From NCBI GenBank assembly GCA_963667845.2, contig CAXXVL010000002.1, forward strand, positions 544,001 through 608,000: a stretch of DNA of 64,000 nucleotides. Direction: 5' to 3'. This DNA is from Smithellaceae bacterium (GTDB taxonomy: Bacteria > Desulfobacterota > Syntrophia > Syntrophales > Smithellaceae). Positions 8,701 through 18,111 of this stretch are shown piece after piece; the first letter of the stretch is position 1, and every line of letters begins with the position of its first letter. Under the pieces are notes generated by a model. The model was not told the origin of the DNA. It worked only from the letters and a program-made list of their open reading frames with translations, and ran no database searches. The position numbers and the translations under genes are program-made.

Positions 8701-9834
8701 ATGGATGAATTTATGGAGTTTCTTAGCAATACTTTTGGCCTTCATGATGCAGCTAAAGCTGAATTGATAAATAAAGAACTATTAAATATCAATCCGCTAT
8801 ACACTGCCTCAGGAGCAGCCTTTTTAAGCACACTTATAAAATTTGTTAGGGTTGCTGGAGAAAGCACATCGGAAACCTCAGTAGAAAAAATGTTAGATAT
8901 TTTTTATCAAGCCAATCTTTCTTTTATCAAAGACCCAAAAATAAAAGATATAATGTCGTTAATAAAATCTTACGGTGAATCAAAAACATATAAGACAAAA
9001 TGTCTTGAAGATATGGAAAAACTTTTAAATTTAATTGAAGATAACAGTGAAGACATAATATCAAAATGGTGTCCTGATAATGATGACAATGTGAAGTCAC
9101 AGGATATTTTAAACAAGGTTCGCGAGATGGAAATATTATTCAAGGTCTATGCGGCAGTTTGCGCATTAAGGGAAATTGCATATATGAGGACAAGGCCTAA
9201 CGATGAATATGACATAACAATGCTACAGAGAATTACTCGAATTGTAATGTATTCCATTGGACAAATGTCGAAAATGGATAATCCATTATTGAATCCCGTA
9301 ATGCAAAACATCATTGCGGCTGCTAAAGGCTCTGAAAATATTAGCAAGAGATGGGAACCAGAAAAGAAAATTAAAGAGGAGTCAATTAAAATTGCAAATG
9401 AGCTATGGGGACAAGGTGAAAAGAAATTACATAATGATTTAGCAACCACAATTTATAGAAAAATTAAAAATAATTATAGTCAATTAACAAATGATATTGC
9501 AAAAAAATATTCTACCAACCCTAAAATATTGAAGAAAATATTAGAACTTAAGAAGTTTGATGAAATCGAGAAGTTAAATGATATAGAAAAGTTAAATGAA
9601 CATAAAAAATTAGCTGAAAGTGAGATGTTAACCGAGCTTGAACAATTACCTGATGATGAGAAATTAGCCAAAATTGAAAAGTTATCCGAATCTGATCAGT
9701 TAAGTTATCATAAAAACCTTAAAAAGTGTAAAGATTATGCGGATAAATATTTAATCAAAACCATCAGGACAGCAATTATTCCCGTTGCAGAAAAATATGA
9801 TCGCGTCCATGGCACTAAATCCAAAATAAAATAA
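8701..9834 (+). CDS. Hypothetical protein, charged helical with short EKL-type repeats near the C-terminus
   Basis: 377-aa ORF with AAGGA RBS directly after the integrase. Confidence 0.7.
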   Translation: MDEFMEFLSNTFGLHDAAKAELINKELLNINPLYTASGAAFLSTLIKFVRVAGESTSETSVEKMLDIFYQANLSFIKDPKIKDIMSLIKSYGESKTYKTKCLEDMEKLLNLIEDNSEDIISKWCPDNDDNVKSQDILNKVREMEILFKVYAAVCALREIAYMRTRPNDEYDITMLQRITRIVMYSIGQMSKMDNPLLNPVMQNIIAAAKGSENISKRWEPEKKIKEESIKIANELWGQGEKKLHNDLATTIYRKIKNNYSQLTNDIAKKYSTNPKILKKILELKKFDEIEKLNDIEKLNEHKKLAESEMLTELEQLPDDEKLAKIEKLSESDQLSYHKNLKKCKDYADKYLIKTIRTAIIPVAEKYDRVHGTKSKIK

Positions 9835-10039
9835 ATGTGGGGTGTTTCAATCACTCCGAAACATTATCAATCTTTCTCGAAACAGGATCATCGGCCGAGA
9901 ATATATTGGTGGTTTCAGTCTTGTCATCAAAACAAGAACCGCCGATCCATTTTCAAGTTTGTTTTTACCTGTCTGAAACTCATTTCAAGGGAGGCCTCAA
10001 TTGCACCATAATCAGTTCCATTCCTCGAAATAGGATCAA

Positions 10040-10327
10040 TTACTTTTTGGAATTTAAGGCAGACTTCAATACTGCTGAGGGTTTAAACGTAACAACTTTT
10101 TTTGCATCTATGGTCATCCGATCACCAGTCTGTGGGTTCCTGCCGATTCGCTCCCTTTTAGATTTGACAGTCCATTTACCAAATCCGGAAATTTTTACTG
10201 AATTGCCTTTTTCGAGTTCATTCTTGATTATCTCAAAGGTTGACTCAATAGCGGGCACACATTCTTTTCTTGATAAATCTGTTTGCTCATAGTGAATGTC
10301 CATGAGATCTTTTTTAGTCATTGCCAT
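10040..10327 (-). CDS. Integration host factor/HU family DNA-binding protein (island copy)
   Basis: MTKKDL...VKISGFGKW...RIGRNPQTG...VVTFKPS. Confidence 0.92.
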   Translation of the reverse strand: MAMTKKDLMDIHYEQTDLSRKECVPAIESTFEIIKNELEKGNSVKISGFGKWTVKSKRERIGRNPQTGDRMTIDAKKVVTFKPSAVLKSALNSKK

Positions 10328-10429
10328 AATGATCCTCCATGTGGTTTTTGATATTCCATAATATAAAAAACTTTTCTCCCGAAGAACAATTTAATATATC
10401 ATTCTGTGTCTACCTGTATACTACCGGCA

Positions 10430-10741
10430 TTATTCTATGGGTGTTAGGATCTGTAATTGCATGGACTGCATAAATTCTTTAACTGAATGCCTAAAATCTG
10501 TCATATGAGGGGATATACCGTGATTCTTCAGCGCTTCGAGATTCTCCCACTTCTCCAATATTACGACTGTGTCAGGTCTATTCTTTATTTGAAAGTTGGA
10601 ACCGGTATCTGCATCTGCTGTTGGAGTATATTCAATACATCCTTTTTCTCTTCGCACTATGGGTACTATCTTGCGTATTTCTTCTAAATAATTTTCCCTC
10701 ATTCCATCCTTTAAAGCGATTGTAGCAACTACACAAATCAT
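10430..10741 (-). CDS. Putative quinol monooxygenase (ABM domain)
   Basis: VRREKGCIEY...VILEKWENLEALKNH..SPHM. Confidence 0.85.
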   Translation of the reverse strand: MICVVATIALKDGMRENYLEEIRKIVPIVRREKGCIEYTPTADADTGSNFQIKNRPDTVVILEKWENLEALKNHGISPHMTDFRHSVKEFMQSMQLQILTPIE

Positions 10742-11125
10742 CTTTCTCCTCCTTGTTAAATTATCTTTTATTTATTCTGATAGCGCAGACCCCTGCGTTT
10801 TTCATCATCCATCCACTTCCAGATAATACTTCTCTACTACTTCATCCATGAGAATCAGAAAATAGCAAGGATCATGTAAACAAGACTGCCGCTGTTGGGG
10901 TTTCACAAACTTTTCATTTTCTCTGAAGAACCGATCAAGCAATTTTTGATATTTTACCCCGCCTTCTTGCCAATTCATTTATTTTAAGAAAAATGCACAG
11001 CCTTATTGATTACGGATTGAAGTCTAACGTGATTCTCAAGAATGACGATTTTTCTATCCCAGGAAGTTATTAATCCCGACATCTTCCTGTTAATCATTCA
11101 CTCACAACAGGGGAGACGTTTGGTA

Positions 11126-11671
11126 TCAATAAATGATTTCCTTAAATATCGTGTAATCATCAAGTGTTAGGCAGAGCCAGACGGTATCAACAATGGAATT
11201 CGGATTTAATTGCCAATAGCTGTTGATCCCTTTTTTGAAAGCTCGGGCACACAGTTCTTTTGGAATCATAAAGATGCCTGTTCCGAGTGCTGGGAAAGCA
11301 ACTGAATGCCATTTTTTTCTTTCAGCCACGATAAGGGTATTGAAGATAGTCTTTTCTTCCTTTATCTGCTCATCTCCGTCACCCATCCTTGGCCCTACCG
11401 CATGAATAATACCTTTGAACCCAAGGTCGTATGCCTTTGTGGAAACGGCATAAGTGACAGGGATCCTACCAACCGTTTCAATGATCTTGGTGGATTCATT
11501 ATCAAGCTTGGGGCCGGCTAGATTTGAAATGATTGCAGCCAAACCACCACCATGGGACAATCCTGAATTAGCCGGATTCACAATGGCCTCCACAGGTGCA
11601 CCGAGAAGATCCATTACAGTTATGTGAAATGTTTTATTATTGGGATAGTTTTTGGTAAAATGATTTACCAT
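11126..11671 (-). CDS. Macro domain protein (ADP-ribose binding or hydrolase)
   Basis: AIVNPANSGLSHGGGLA, IIHAVGP, SVAFPALGTGIF. Confidence 0.9.
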   Translation of the reverse strand: MVNHFTKNYPNNKTFHITVMDLLGAPVEAIVNPANSGLSHGGGLAAIISNLAGPKLDNESTKIIETVGRIPVTYAVSTKAYDLGFKGIIHAVGPRMGDGDEQIKEEKTIFNTLIVAERKKWHSVAFPALGTGIFMIPKELCARAFKKGINSYWQLNPNSIVDTVWLCLTLDDYTIFKEIIY

Positions 11672-11711
11672 CTAATTCCAAGCCCTCTCAAGTATTCCTG
11701 CTTTAAAGAAT

Positions 11712-12068
11712 TTACAACTCTTTTTTTGAATCCCTTTGCCATTCATACATAGCCTCCCAGCATTTCATATAAGCATCATGCCTTTGGTAGTCCTTGCCCT
11801 GAATTGTATTTTTGAAATTCGGATAGTCTAATTCCATGATGGCACCAACCAAGAATGTTGCGATCATGTGTCTTGGAACGACCATACGGAATGCGTAATC
11901 GGCTTTTGGTGTCGATAAAATTTCACCATCGAAGTTGAATTTTTCTTTGAGCTGCTTTTGCAGTTTGTCAATATCAACTTTGCTCCGTGTCCTCACCAGA
12001 AGCTCGTCTTTTTGACACGGTGGTTTGTGAACTACGGAATAGAAGCCAGTGTTAAGATAGATCCACAT
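11712..12068 (-). CDS. Hypothetical protein (MWIYLNTGFYSVV...LLVRTR type)
   Basis: 118-aa ORF with GGAGGG RBS, co-oriented upstream of the macrodomain gene. Confidence 0.75.
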   Translation of the reverse strand: MWIYLNTGFYSVVHKPPCQKDELLVRTRSKVDIDKLQKQLKEKFNFDGEILSTPKADYAFRMVVPRHMIATFLVGAIMELDYPNFKNTIQGKDYQRHDAYMKCWEAMYEWQRDSKKEL

Positions 12069-12104
12069 AACTCAACCCTCCAAATGTTGCTTTTGGCGTC
12101 ATAG

Positions 12105-12245
12105 ATTCATGTCATTTACCTCTCGCAGGAAGGCAATAACATCATCGAAAATTCCGTAGCTTTGTGCCCAAACTGCCACAAAATCAGTCATCATTCGTTA
12201 GACACTGAAGCGGTAAAAAGGAGAACTGAAAACCACAATTCATAG
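12105..12245 (+). pseudogene. HNH endonuclease C-terminal remnant
   Basis: IHVIYLSQEGNNIIENSVALCPNCHKISHH; preceded by an in-frame stop, no start codon. Confidence 0.7.
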
Positions 12246-12286
12246 GATACGATAAAGTTTACTCACAAATAAAAAATCCCGTCTGC

Positions 12287-12787
12287 CTAATAATAGCACC
12301 TTCCTATACAAGACTTCTGGTAATTCAAACAATTCATATGGCAATCCGCACGGCCAGAATCATTTTGATAGTCATAATACCTTCCACGTCTTACACCGCC
12401 AATTGTAGTGTTGCGATTACAATCAGATTCACAAGAGCTACGATCCATTTTGCACTCACGTTCACATTCCTTATTTAGCGTTTTTGGCAATAATGCTTGT
12501 GCTTTTGCCCTTTCTTGGTCTGCCTTTGCCTTTTCTTGATCTGTTATTGCTCTTTCTCTTTCTGTAATTGTGGCTCGCCGTCTAATATATTCTTTCCTAT
12601 CTCCTTCTTCTCTCGATGGTTCTTGAGAGGATACCTTCGGGGTGCATTTCATCCCAGCGATAACCGTATTGGTCAGAGTTTCGTTACCATCCTTATCAAC
12701 ACAGATGTAAAATTCTCCAGCATAGGCTGGATAACTTAATAGGAAAATAATTGCTAAAAACATGACTCTCTGAAGCAGATTATTCAT
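12287..12787 (-). CDS. Secreted DUF4124-like protein with Cys-rich C-terminus
   Basis: Signal peptide ending AYA, FYICVDKDGNETLTN, coiled coil, CxxxC repeats. Confidence 0.65.
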   Translation of the reverse strand: MNNLLQRVMFLAIIFLLSYPAYAGEFYICVDKDGNETLTNTVIAGMKCTPKVSSQEPSREEGDRKEYIRRRATITERERAITDQEKAKADQERAKAQALLPKTLNKECERECKMDRSSCESDCNRNTTIGGVRRGRYYDYQNDSGRADCHMNCLNYQKSCIGRCYY

Positions 12788-12937
12788 ATTATTCCCTTTA
12801 TGTGTTTTTGCTTATTGCTGTTAGTAAGTATTTCATAAATTGATGTCAAGAGAATTTTATCTCATTACACATAATGAAATGACGTTATTCATGCTTTGAT
12901 CTTATCATCGTCGCCTGAAACGCTTTCCACCTATCGT

Positions 12938-13660
12938 TTACCGTCTTCTGCATCTTCCTGTCTTTAACGCCTTTTTTAGATCATCAAAGCCCTTGACCTC
13001 ACCCTCACAGCTATTCCAGGTCAGTATCAGTTGCAAAGTGATATGAGCATCCGTGTTATATACGCAATGGATATTGTGCTCTTTGAGCATTGCGTAAAAA
13101 TCTTTTTCCTTTTTTGCGGGTATGCCTCTGCATTCCACAGCATCCAGGCCTGTTTCAAAGAGTTCTTCATCGGTGTAAGTGTTGCCCTTCCTGAAAGGAT
13201 GGGCGGCAATAGCCAACCCTCCCTGTTTATGGCTCTCTTCGACTTGTTTTTTCACAGAAAGGCGTTTGTCAATCTCATGCTGAATACCGATCGCCAAGAG
13301 ATGGACTTTCCCCGTGACTTCCTGGCCCGGAATGCAAAGCAAGCGTTTCTCGGCCAGACATTGGGAGATAACATCATTGCATAAAGATGAACCACCAAAT
13401 TTATGATCTGTGATGGCTATAAATCCGAAATTCAAGCCGAGGGCATATTGTATCATTTCTTCATAAGTATTCTTCCCATCGGAACAGGTGGTGTGTGTAT
13501 GGAGATTGCCAATAGTCTTGGTCTGGTTCAGTGACTGCGATGGTTCATCTATAGTCCTGCCGGACACCGCCAAATCTTTTGAGCAGGAACTACCTGAGAT
13601 AATCAAAATGATGAGCAGAATCGCAACGGGAAGAATGCGTTTAAATTTCTTATGCTGCAT
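12938..13660 (-). CDS. PHP-domain metallohydrolase lipoprotein
   Basis: Lipobox GSSC; NLHTHTTCSDG, AITDH, PGQEV, AAHP, NTDAH. Confidence 0.85.
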   Translation of the reverse strand: MQHKKFKRILPVAILLIILIISGSSCSKDLAVSGRTIDEPSQSLNQTKTIGNLHTHTTCSDGKNTYEEMIQYALGLNFGFIAITDHKFGGSSLCNDVISQCLAEKRLLCIPGQEVTGKVHLLAIGIQHEIDKRLSVKKQVEESHKQGGLAIAAHPFRKGNTYTDEELFETGLDAVECRGIPAKKEKDFYAMLKEHNIHCVYNTDAHITLQLILTWNSCEGEVKGFDDLKKALKTGRCRRR

Positions 13661-13725
13661 TAGTATTGATATCCATAATATTGTGAAAGGCTCTATCCTA
13701 TTTCATCGTGCACTATGCTGTTGCT

Positions 13726-13902
13726 TTATCCTTTGGATTTGATCATCCTCGATTGAACCATTTTCATTTCTTCCAGCAATTCTTGCTTACTAATAATGCC
13801 TTTCCGGTCCAGGATATTGATCAGCGCTTCCGACTGAATCACTTCGGACATGAGCAGTTCCTTGAAATCGACGGTTTGTTTCTGGTCAATTTTCTCTGCC
13901 AT
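13726..13902 (-). CDS. Small hypothetical protein (58 aa, MAEKIDQKQTVDFKELLMSEVIQSEALINILDRKGIISKQELLEEMK...)
   Basis: Hand-translated ORF below the track cutoff; starts 11 nt after the upstream stop. Confidence 0.7.
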   Translation of the reverse strand: MAEKIDQKQTVDFKELLMSEVIQSEALINILDRKGIISKQELLEEMKMVQSRMIKSKG

Positions 13903-13913
13903 TTATTTTATTA

Positions 13914-14651
13914 TCATCCTTCCTTTTTATGTATTTTTCCCTGACATCTTTTTAAGGCAGCAGATACTCTTGATTTCACCTTTTGATTAGAACTTAAGGG
14001 AGTTTTAAATGACTTCAACACATAATCAGTTTCAACGTCAGAAGCTTTAAGGATTTTCAATTCTTCACAAACCATGTCTTTATCCTGTTTCCACTTGTTT
14101 TGAATAAATTCATATCCGGCTTTGTATATGTACCATGTGGTTTCATCCCGGTAGTTATGCTGGTTATAAACTGTTTTACTTTCAGCATAATCATCACTCA
14201 GATTGTTGGCCACATTCCTTACGTATTCAATTGGACAATTAAGGTTTTTAGATATTTCAAATGTCGTAAAACTCTTTCTTAGAGGGTAATAAATGTTTGT
14301 ATGCTCCATTGTTCGATGTCGATTTTCATATGCCGCTTCAAAACCACGAAAAAACATGCCCTCATCTTGTAATGAAGGATTAGGATTGTCTTTAATGGTG
14401 ATAATAATGCCCGCATGTATTTCATCAGCTCCATTAACAAGATGATTTATTTGAACGATTTCACTAATTGCTGCCTGAATGCTTCCCTCATATCTGTCTG
14501 GCGTTCCGTAAATAATTTCTAATTTTTCAATTCCATATTGATGACATTCTTCAATTCTCGCATTTACAATGGCAACCGCTTCAGACGTGATACATTTATG
14601 AAGATCAATCCAGAAACTATTATATTGCTGATTAAATCGTTGATCCGCCAT
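13914..14651 (-). CDS. Smr/MutS2-like domain fused to a putative HTH region
   Basis: WIDLHKC...EAVAIVNARIEECHQYGIEKLEIIYG...GSI resembles Smr DLHG...IIHG; TTFEISKNLNCPIEYVRNVA looks HTH-like. Confidence 0.55.
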   Translation of the reverse strand: MADQRFNQQYNSFWIDLHKCITSEAVAIVNARIEECHQYGIEKLEIIYGTPDRYEGSIQAAISEIVQINHLVNGADEIHAGIIITIKDNPNPSLQDEGMFFRGFEAAYENRHRTMEHTNIYYPLRKSFTTFEISKNLNCPIEYVRNVANNLSDDYAESKTVYNQHNYRDETTWYIYKAGYEFIQNKWKQDKDMVCEELKILKASDVETDYVLKSFKTPLSSNQKVKSRVSAALKRCQGKIHKKEG

Positions 14652-14654
14652 TTA

Positions 14655-15200
14655 TTACCTCCCTTCATATTTGTCTGCGTGTTCTTTATGAGTCTCCCAA
14701 TTACCAATATAGCTTTTTGCTAATACTTTCGATTTAATTATCAACAGATTTTCCGCATTCTTTTCTTCCGCAGCTTTACTGAAATTAAAGCTTCCGGTGA
14801 TTACAGTTTCTTTATCAATTATAATAATCTTGTTGTGGGCAATGGCGTGCTTACTGTCAATACAAGTTGGTATTCCCATGTGAGCAGTGAAATCTCCAGC
14901 GCTGTATTTTTTTGATTTGTTGGATTTATCCAGAATGATTTTTACATGGATTCCTCTCTTGTGGGCATTTACCAAAGCTTTTGCAATAGGCGCCGACGTA
15001 AATGAATATGCCTGGATGAGTATCTCTGATTTTGCGTTATCGATTTCATCGACTATAGCGTGTGTGCAGCCACCATTGGGACTAAAATAGATTTGAGCAG
15101 GAGTATTGTTGAGTGTGATGTCTGTGGCATGTGATATTTGAGGTGGTGAGCAGAAAAAAAGGCTGAGAGAAACAATAATTAACAGGGTCCGTTTTTTCAT
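14655..15200 (-). CDS. Phospholipase D family, Nuc-like endonuclease (secreted)
   Basis: YFSPNGG, QAYSFTS, single HKD motif AHNKIIIID...TGSFNFS..AEEKNAEN; signal peptide. Confidence 0.9.
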   Translation of the reverse strand: MKKRTLLIIVSLSLFFCSPPQISHATDITLNNTPAQIYFSPNGGCTHAIVDEIDNAKSEILIQAYSFTSAPIAKALVNAHKRGIHVKIILDKSNKSKKYSAGDFTAHMGIPTCIDSKHAIAHNKIIIIDKETVITGSFNFSKAAEEKNAENLLIIKSKVLAKSYIGNWETHKEHADKYEGR

Positions 15201-15544
15201 GACAGTCCTAGAGTGAATTAATGGTGGTTATGGTATACAGAATTGTTTTGAAATATCAACATTAGCCTGCATTAAAAAGACTGATATGAAGGTTAAGGCC
15301 ATATTGTTAGGAGAATTTCAAACGGAATGGGTGGCCAATTTGGTCCGGAATCTCCAGATAATTGACGTTTTCTTAAAAATAATCGTATTTCAATGATAAT
15401 TGAATATTGATGTACTGAATCGTAATTTTTTCATAATCCTTAAGATTTAAACGGTAATGGCGTATGTATTCTGAAAACACTAAGACACGGTGATAAAATA
15501 GATAAACTTTGGTTGATCAATTTTATTAGGATTCCGAAAATCAA

Positions 15545-16345
15545 TTACAGGATAGATGGCCTATGTCGGAGCATCTGAATAATTCTTCTCCATCCAAGAT
15601 TTCTAACTTCGTTAAATGATAATTCACTAATATGATGACCTTCATAAGTAAACACTTCATCTGGTGTAACCTCTCTATCATGAAATAAGTTTAAATACTC
15701 ATGTCTGATAAATATTGCATTACAATGTACATTTGCTAAAAGGCTATACTGTTTACTAATTGCAAGCTCTGTCATGGACGAGATGCTTGTCCCAGTATAA
15801 CCAGTAATACCCCACATTGATGAAACGCTTGTTCCAGCATTGCCCCGCATAATTTTGGAACCTTGTTTGTTTATCCATTTTACACCAGGTTTATTGTGTA
15901 TATTGATTTCAATTATGACAACTTTGGGCTGATACTTATCTAATGATTGCCATACATGATAATCATCTCCATCAATATCAATTGAGAGCAGATCGAATTG
16001 TTTTGGAATAGGAGTTAGACTTAAAATGTTATCAAGTTTACTTTCCCCTTCAGCCCTTACAAAAGCATTGACACAAATAGTGCCATACTCCTTCGTGTTT
16101 TCGCACAAAAGCTTATATTTAAATGGATCAGCTTCAATCATAACACCATGGTAATTGTGCTGTGATATTAAGTAATACGTATTACTTTCAGACTTGCCAT
16201 CCCATGCTCCAAATTCAACACACCAACCTGTCTTTTCTGGTATTTTTGACAAGATGAAAGCCAATAACCCATCTTCACCCTTTTTGGAAAAGAATGTTTT
16301 ACGGTGACTAAGCAATTCTTCGACTGTATCTTTCATGTGAGGCAC
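15545..16345 (-). CDS. FkbM-like SAM-dependent methyltransferase
   Basis: GEDG, VEFGAWDG..SNT, MIEAD, FDLLSIDIDGDDY, PKVVIIE. Confidence 0.75.
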   Translation of the reverse strand: MPHMKDTVEELLSHRKTFFSKKGEDGLLAFILSKIPEKTGWCVEFGAWDGKSESNTYYLISQHNYHGVMIEADPFKYKLLCENTKEYGTICVNAFVRAEGESKLDNILSLTPIPKQFDLLSIDIDGDDYHVWQSLDKYQPKVVIIEINIHNKPGVKWINKQGSKIMRGNAGTSVSSMWGITGYTGTSISSMTELAISKQYSLLANVHCNAIFIRHEYLNLFHDREVTPDEVFTYEGHHISELSFNEVRNLGWRRIIQMLRHRPSIL

Positions 16346-16470
16346 GTTTTACGTTCGTCAATTAGTGCTAGTGGATCAAATCATGGCATTAATGGTAAGG
16401 GAAACGATTGCTTAGTTACGTAAGGGGCATTCGACTAAAGAGGAAACCTCTAGGCTGATCACTGACAAAT

Positions 16471-16505
16471 AAAACACAAAAAGCTCCCCTCTTGCGGGCG
16501 GGAGC
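16471..16505 (-). terminator. Rho-independent terminator after hxsA
   Basis: GCTCCC...GGGAGC stem followed by TTTTTGTGTTTT on the minus strand. Confidence 0.7.
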
Positions 16506-16557
16506 CTTATGCTTGTTACTTATAGATGCATATACAGAACGAATCTTTGGATCGTTT

Positions 16558-16788
16558 CTAACGACCCGAAACGTGTGAGGCGTGACTCGCATGGCTTTCA
16601 TGGCTTACATGGCTACTATGCCAATTTGTGGTATCCATGCCGCTGCCAAGGGCTTTCCCATGTTCCAGATAAAGAGCTGATTTGCTGCTAATATCCGATA
16701 CCGATGCTGGTACATTGGCGACCGATATGCCTAAAACAGCAAAAGCCCCTGCAATAACGATCATTACCTTACTGAATAGACCTTTCAT
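16558..16788 (-). CDS. hxsA: His-Xaa-Ser repeat RiPP precursor
   Basis: Hydrophobic leader; core W-HSS-HVS-HES-HAS-HAS-HVS-GR; AAGGAG RBS. Confidence 0.88.
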   Translation of the reverse strand: MKGLFSKVMIVIAGAFAVLGISVANVPASVSDISSKSALYLEHGKALGSGMDTTNWHSSHVSHESHASHASHVSGR

Positions 16789-16986
16789 AGAAACATCTCC
16801 TTCTTCTTGAAATGACCAATCTAAAAATTAAATGTTACCGGACGTTGTAATTGAAAGTAATTAATACTCTTGAATATTTCAAAAAGCAATAAGATATTTT
16901 TAATTTTTATTAATGACAATCCGATTTAATTTTAGGCGGTTGCGAAAAATTGATTGCCAAACTTGCTATCTCCAGCAATCTTAAGG

Positions 16987-18111
16987 TTATTGAGGGGAAA
17001 TATAGGTACTTTGATGTAATTCAGAGGTTGTGAATATTCCACAACACCTCGATTTAACAGAACAACCATCACATATCGGGAGGTAATCATTTTTCCATCC
17101 TGAAATTGACTGCCTTGCGAAGCCCCATGACTTCGGTTCAATCAAACACAGCGGGACGTTATAGATAGAGACATTCATGTCCGCACGACTCAATACCTTG
17201 ATTGCCCTTGAAAGTTCCTCCTGATATTCATACGGGTCTATCCAAACGGCCTCGAAATTATCGCGAGCAAGTCCTGTTATCTCCATCCCCATGAATGTGC
17301 AGTGGGCGATAAAGGGAAAGTTTCTTCCAATGAAGGTTGCAATGGATTCAAGCCGGTAAGCATTTATACGACTCACAACTACTCGGATTTCGATCTTCTC
17401 ACGAAAACGCGCAAGATTCTGGAGCCCCATTACTGTCTTATAGAAACTGCCCTTAACACCTACAATCCAGTCATGAACCTCATCCACATCACTGTGCATA
17501 GAAACACAGGTAAGGAAATCTTTGGGTCTCAATGATACGAAACGTTTTGTGAACTCGAAGTCTGCAAATGATTTACCGTTTGTGAGTAACATGACAGTTG
17601 ATTTCGGTTCTTGCCTTTTTATCATCCCTAGGATGTCGAAAAAATCTTCCTTTAGTAGTGTAGGTTCACCACCGGTCAGGCAGATGGTTTGGTTAATATT
17701 GATTTTTACTAGATTAAGAATTCGCTTACTTGTCTCGGTTAAAGTTCTATCGTGCGCCTTTGGTGGTTGCGGACACATAAGGCAACGGCAATCACACATT
17801 TCTGTCAGAAAAAGTGGATTTGTGGGGGCTATTTTCTCCCAAACAACTGTTATAGTGCCATTCCTGTCTATAAGGACACAATCGCCCTCTTCCAGTTTAT
17901 CTGAATTTTCACCAGAAACTTTGACGTGTGGCAATAAACAATTTTTCTTGTCACTATCCTTAATTACGAGTCCCGCAAAACCTTTTGATAGTAAATTCGT
18001 TTTTTCAGTGACAAGCACACTGTTACATCTCGATAGTGATAGAGGATTGCGTGTCACCAATCCAAGAATCGGGATCTCTATGTTCTCTGCTGTGCCCTTT
18101 AATTGTTTCAT
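16987..18111 (-). CDS. hxsC: His-Xaa-Ser system radical SAM maturase
   Basis: LFLTEMCDCRCLMCPQPP (Cx3Cx2C), LTGGEPTL, ARQSISGWKNDY..CDGC....CCGIF. Confidence 0.88.
   Translation of the reverse strand: MKQLKGTAENIEIPILGLVTRNPLSLSRCNSVLVTEKTNLLSKGFAGLVIKDSDKKNCLLPHVKVSGENSDKLEEGDCVLIDRNGTITVVWEKIAPTNPLFLTEMCDCRCLMCPQPPKAHDRTLTETSKRILNLVKININQTICLTGGEPTLLKEDFFDILGMIKRQEPKSTVMLLTNGKSFADFEFTKRFVSLRPKDFLTCVSMHSDVDEVHDWIVGVKGSFYKTVMGLQNLARFREKIEIRVVVSRINAYRLESIATFIGRNFPFIAHCTFMGMEITGLARDNFEAVWIDPYEYQEELSRAIKVLSRADMNVSIYNVPLCLIEPKSWGFARQSISGWKNDYLPICDGCSVKSRCCGIFTTSELHQSTYISPQ

Noticed and set aside
10806..10980. 57-aa minus-strand ORF (MNWQEGGVKY...)
   Set aside because: No clear RBS or recognisable motif; cannot be supported as a gene
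16570..16625. CRISPR-like or VNTR repeat
   Set aside because: The 9-nt periodicity is the coding sequence of the His-Xaa-Ser repeats
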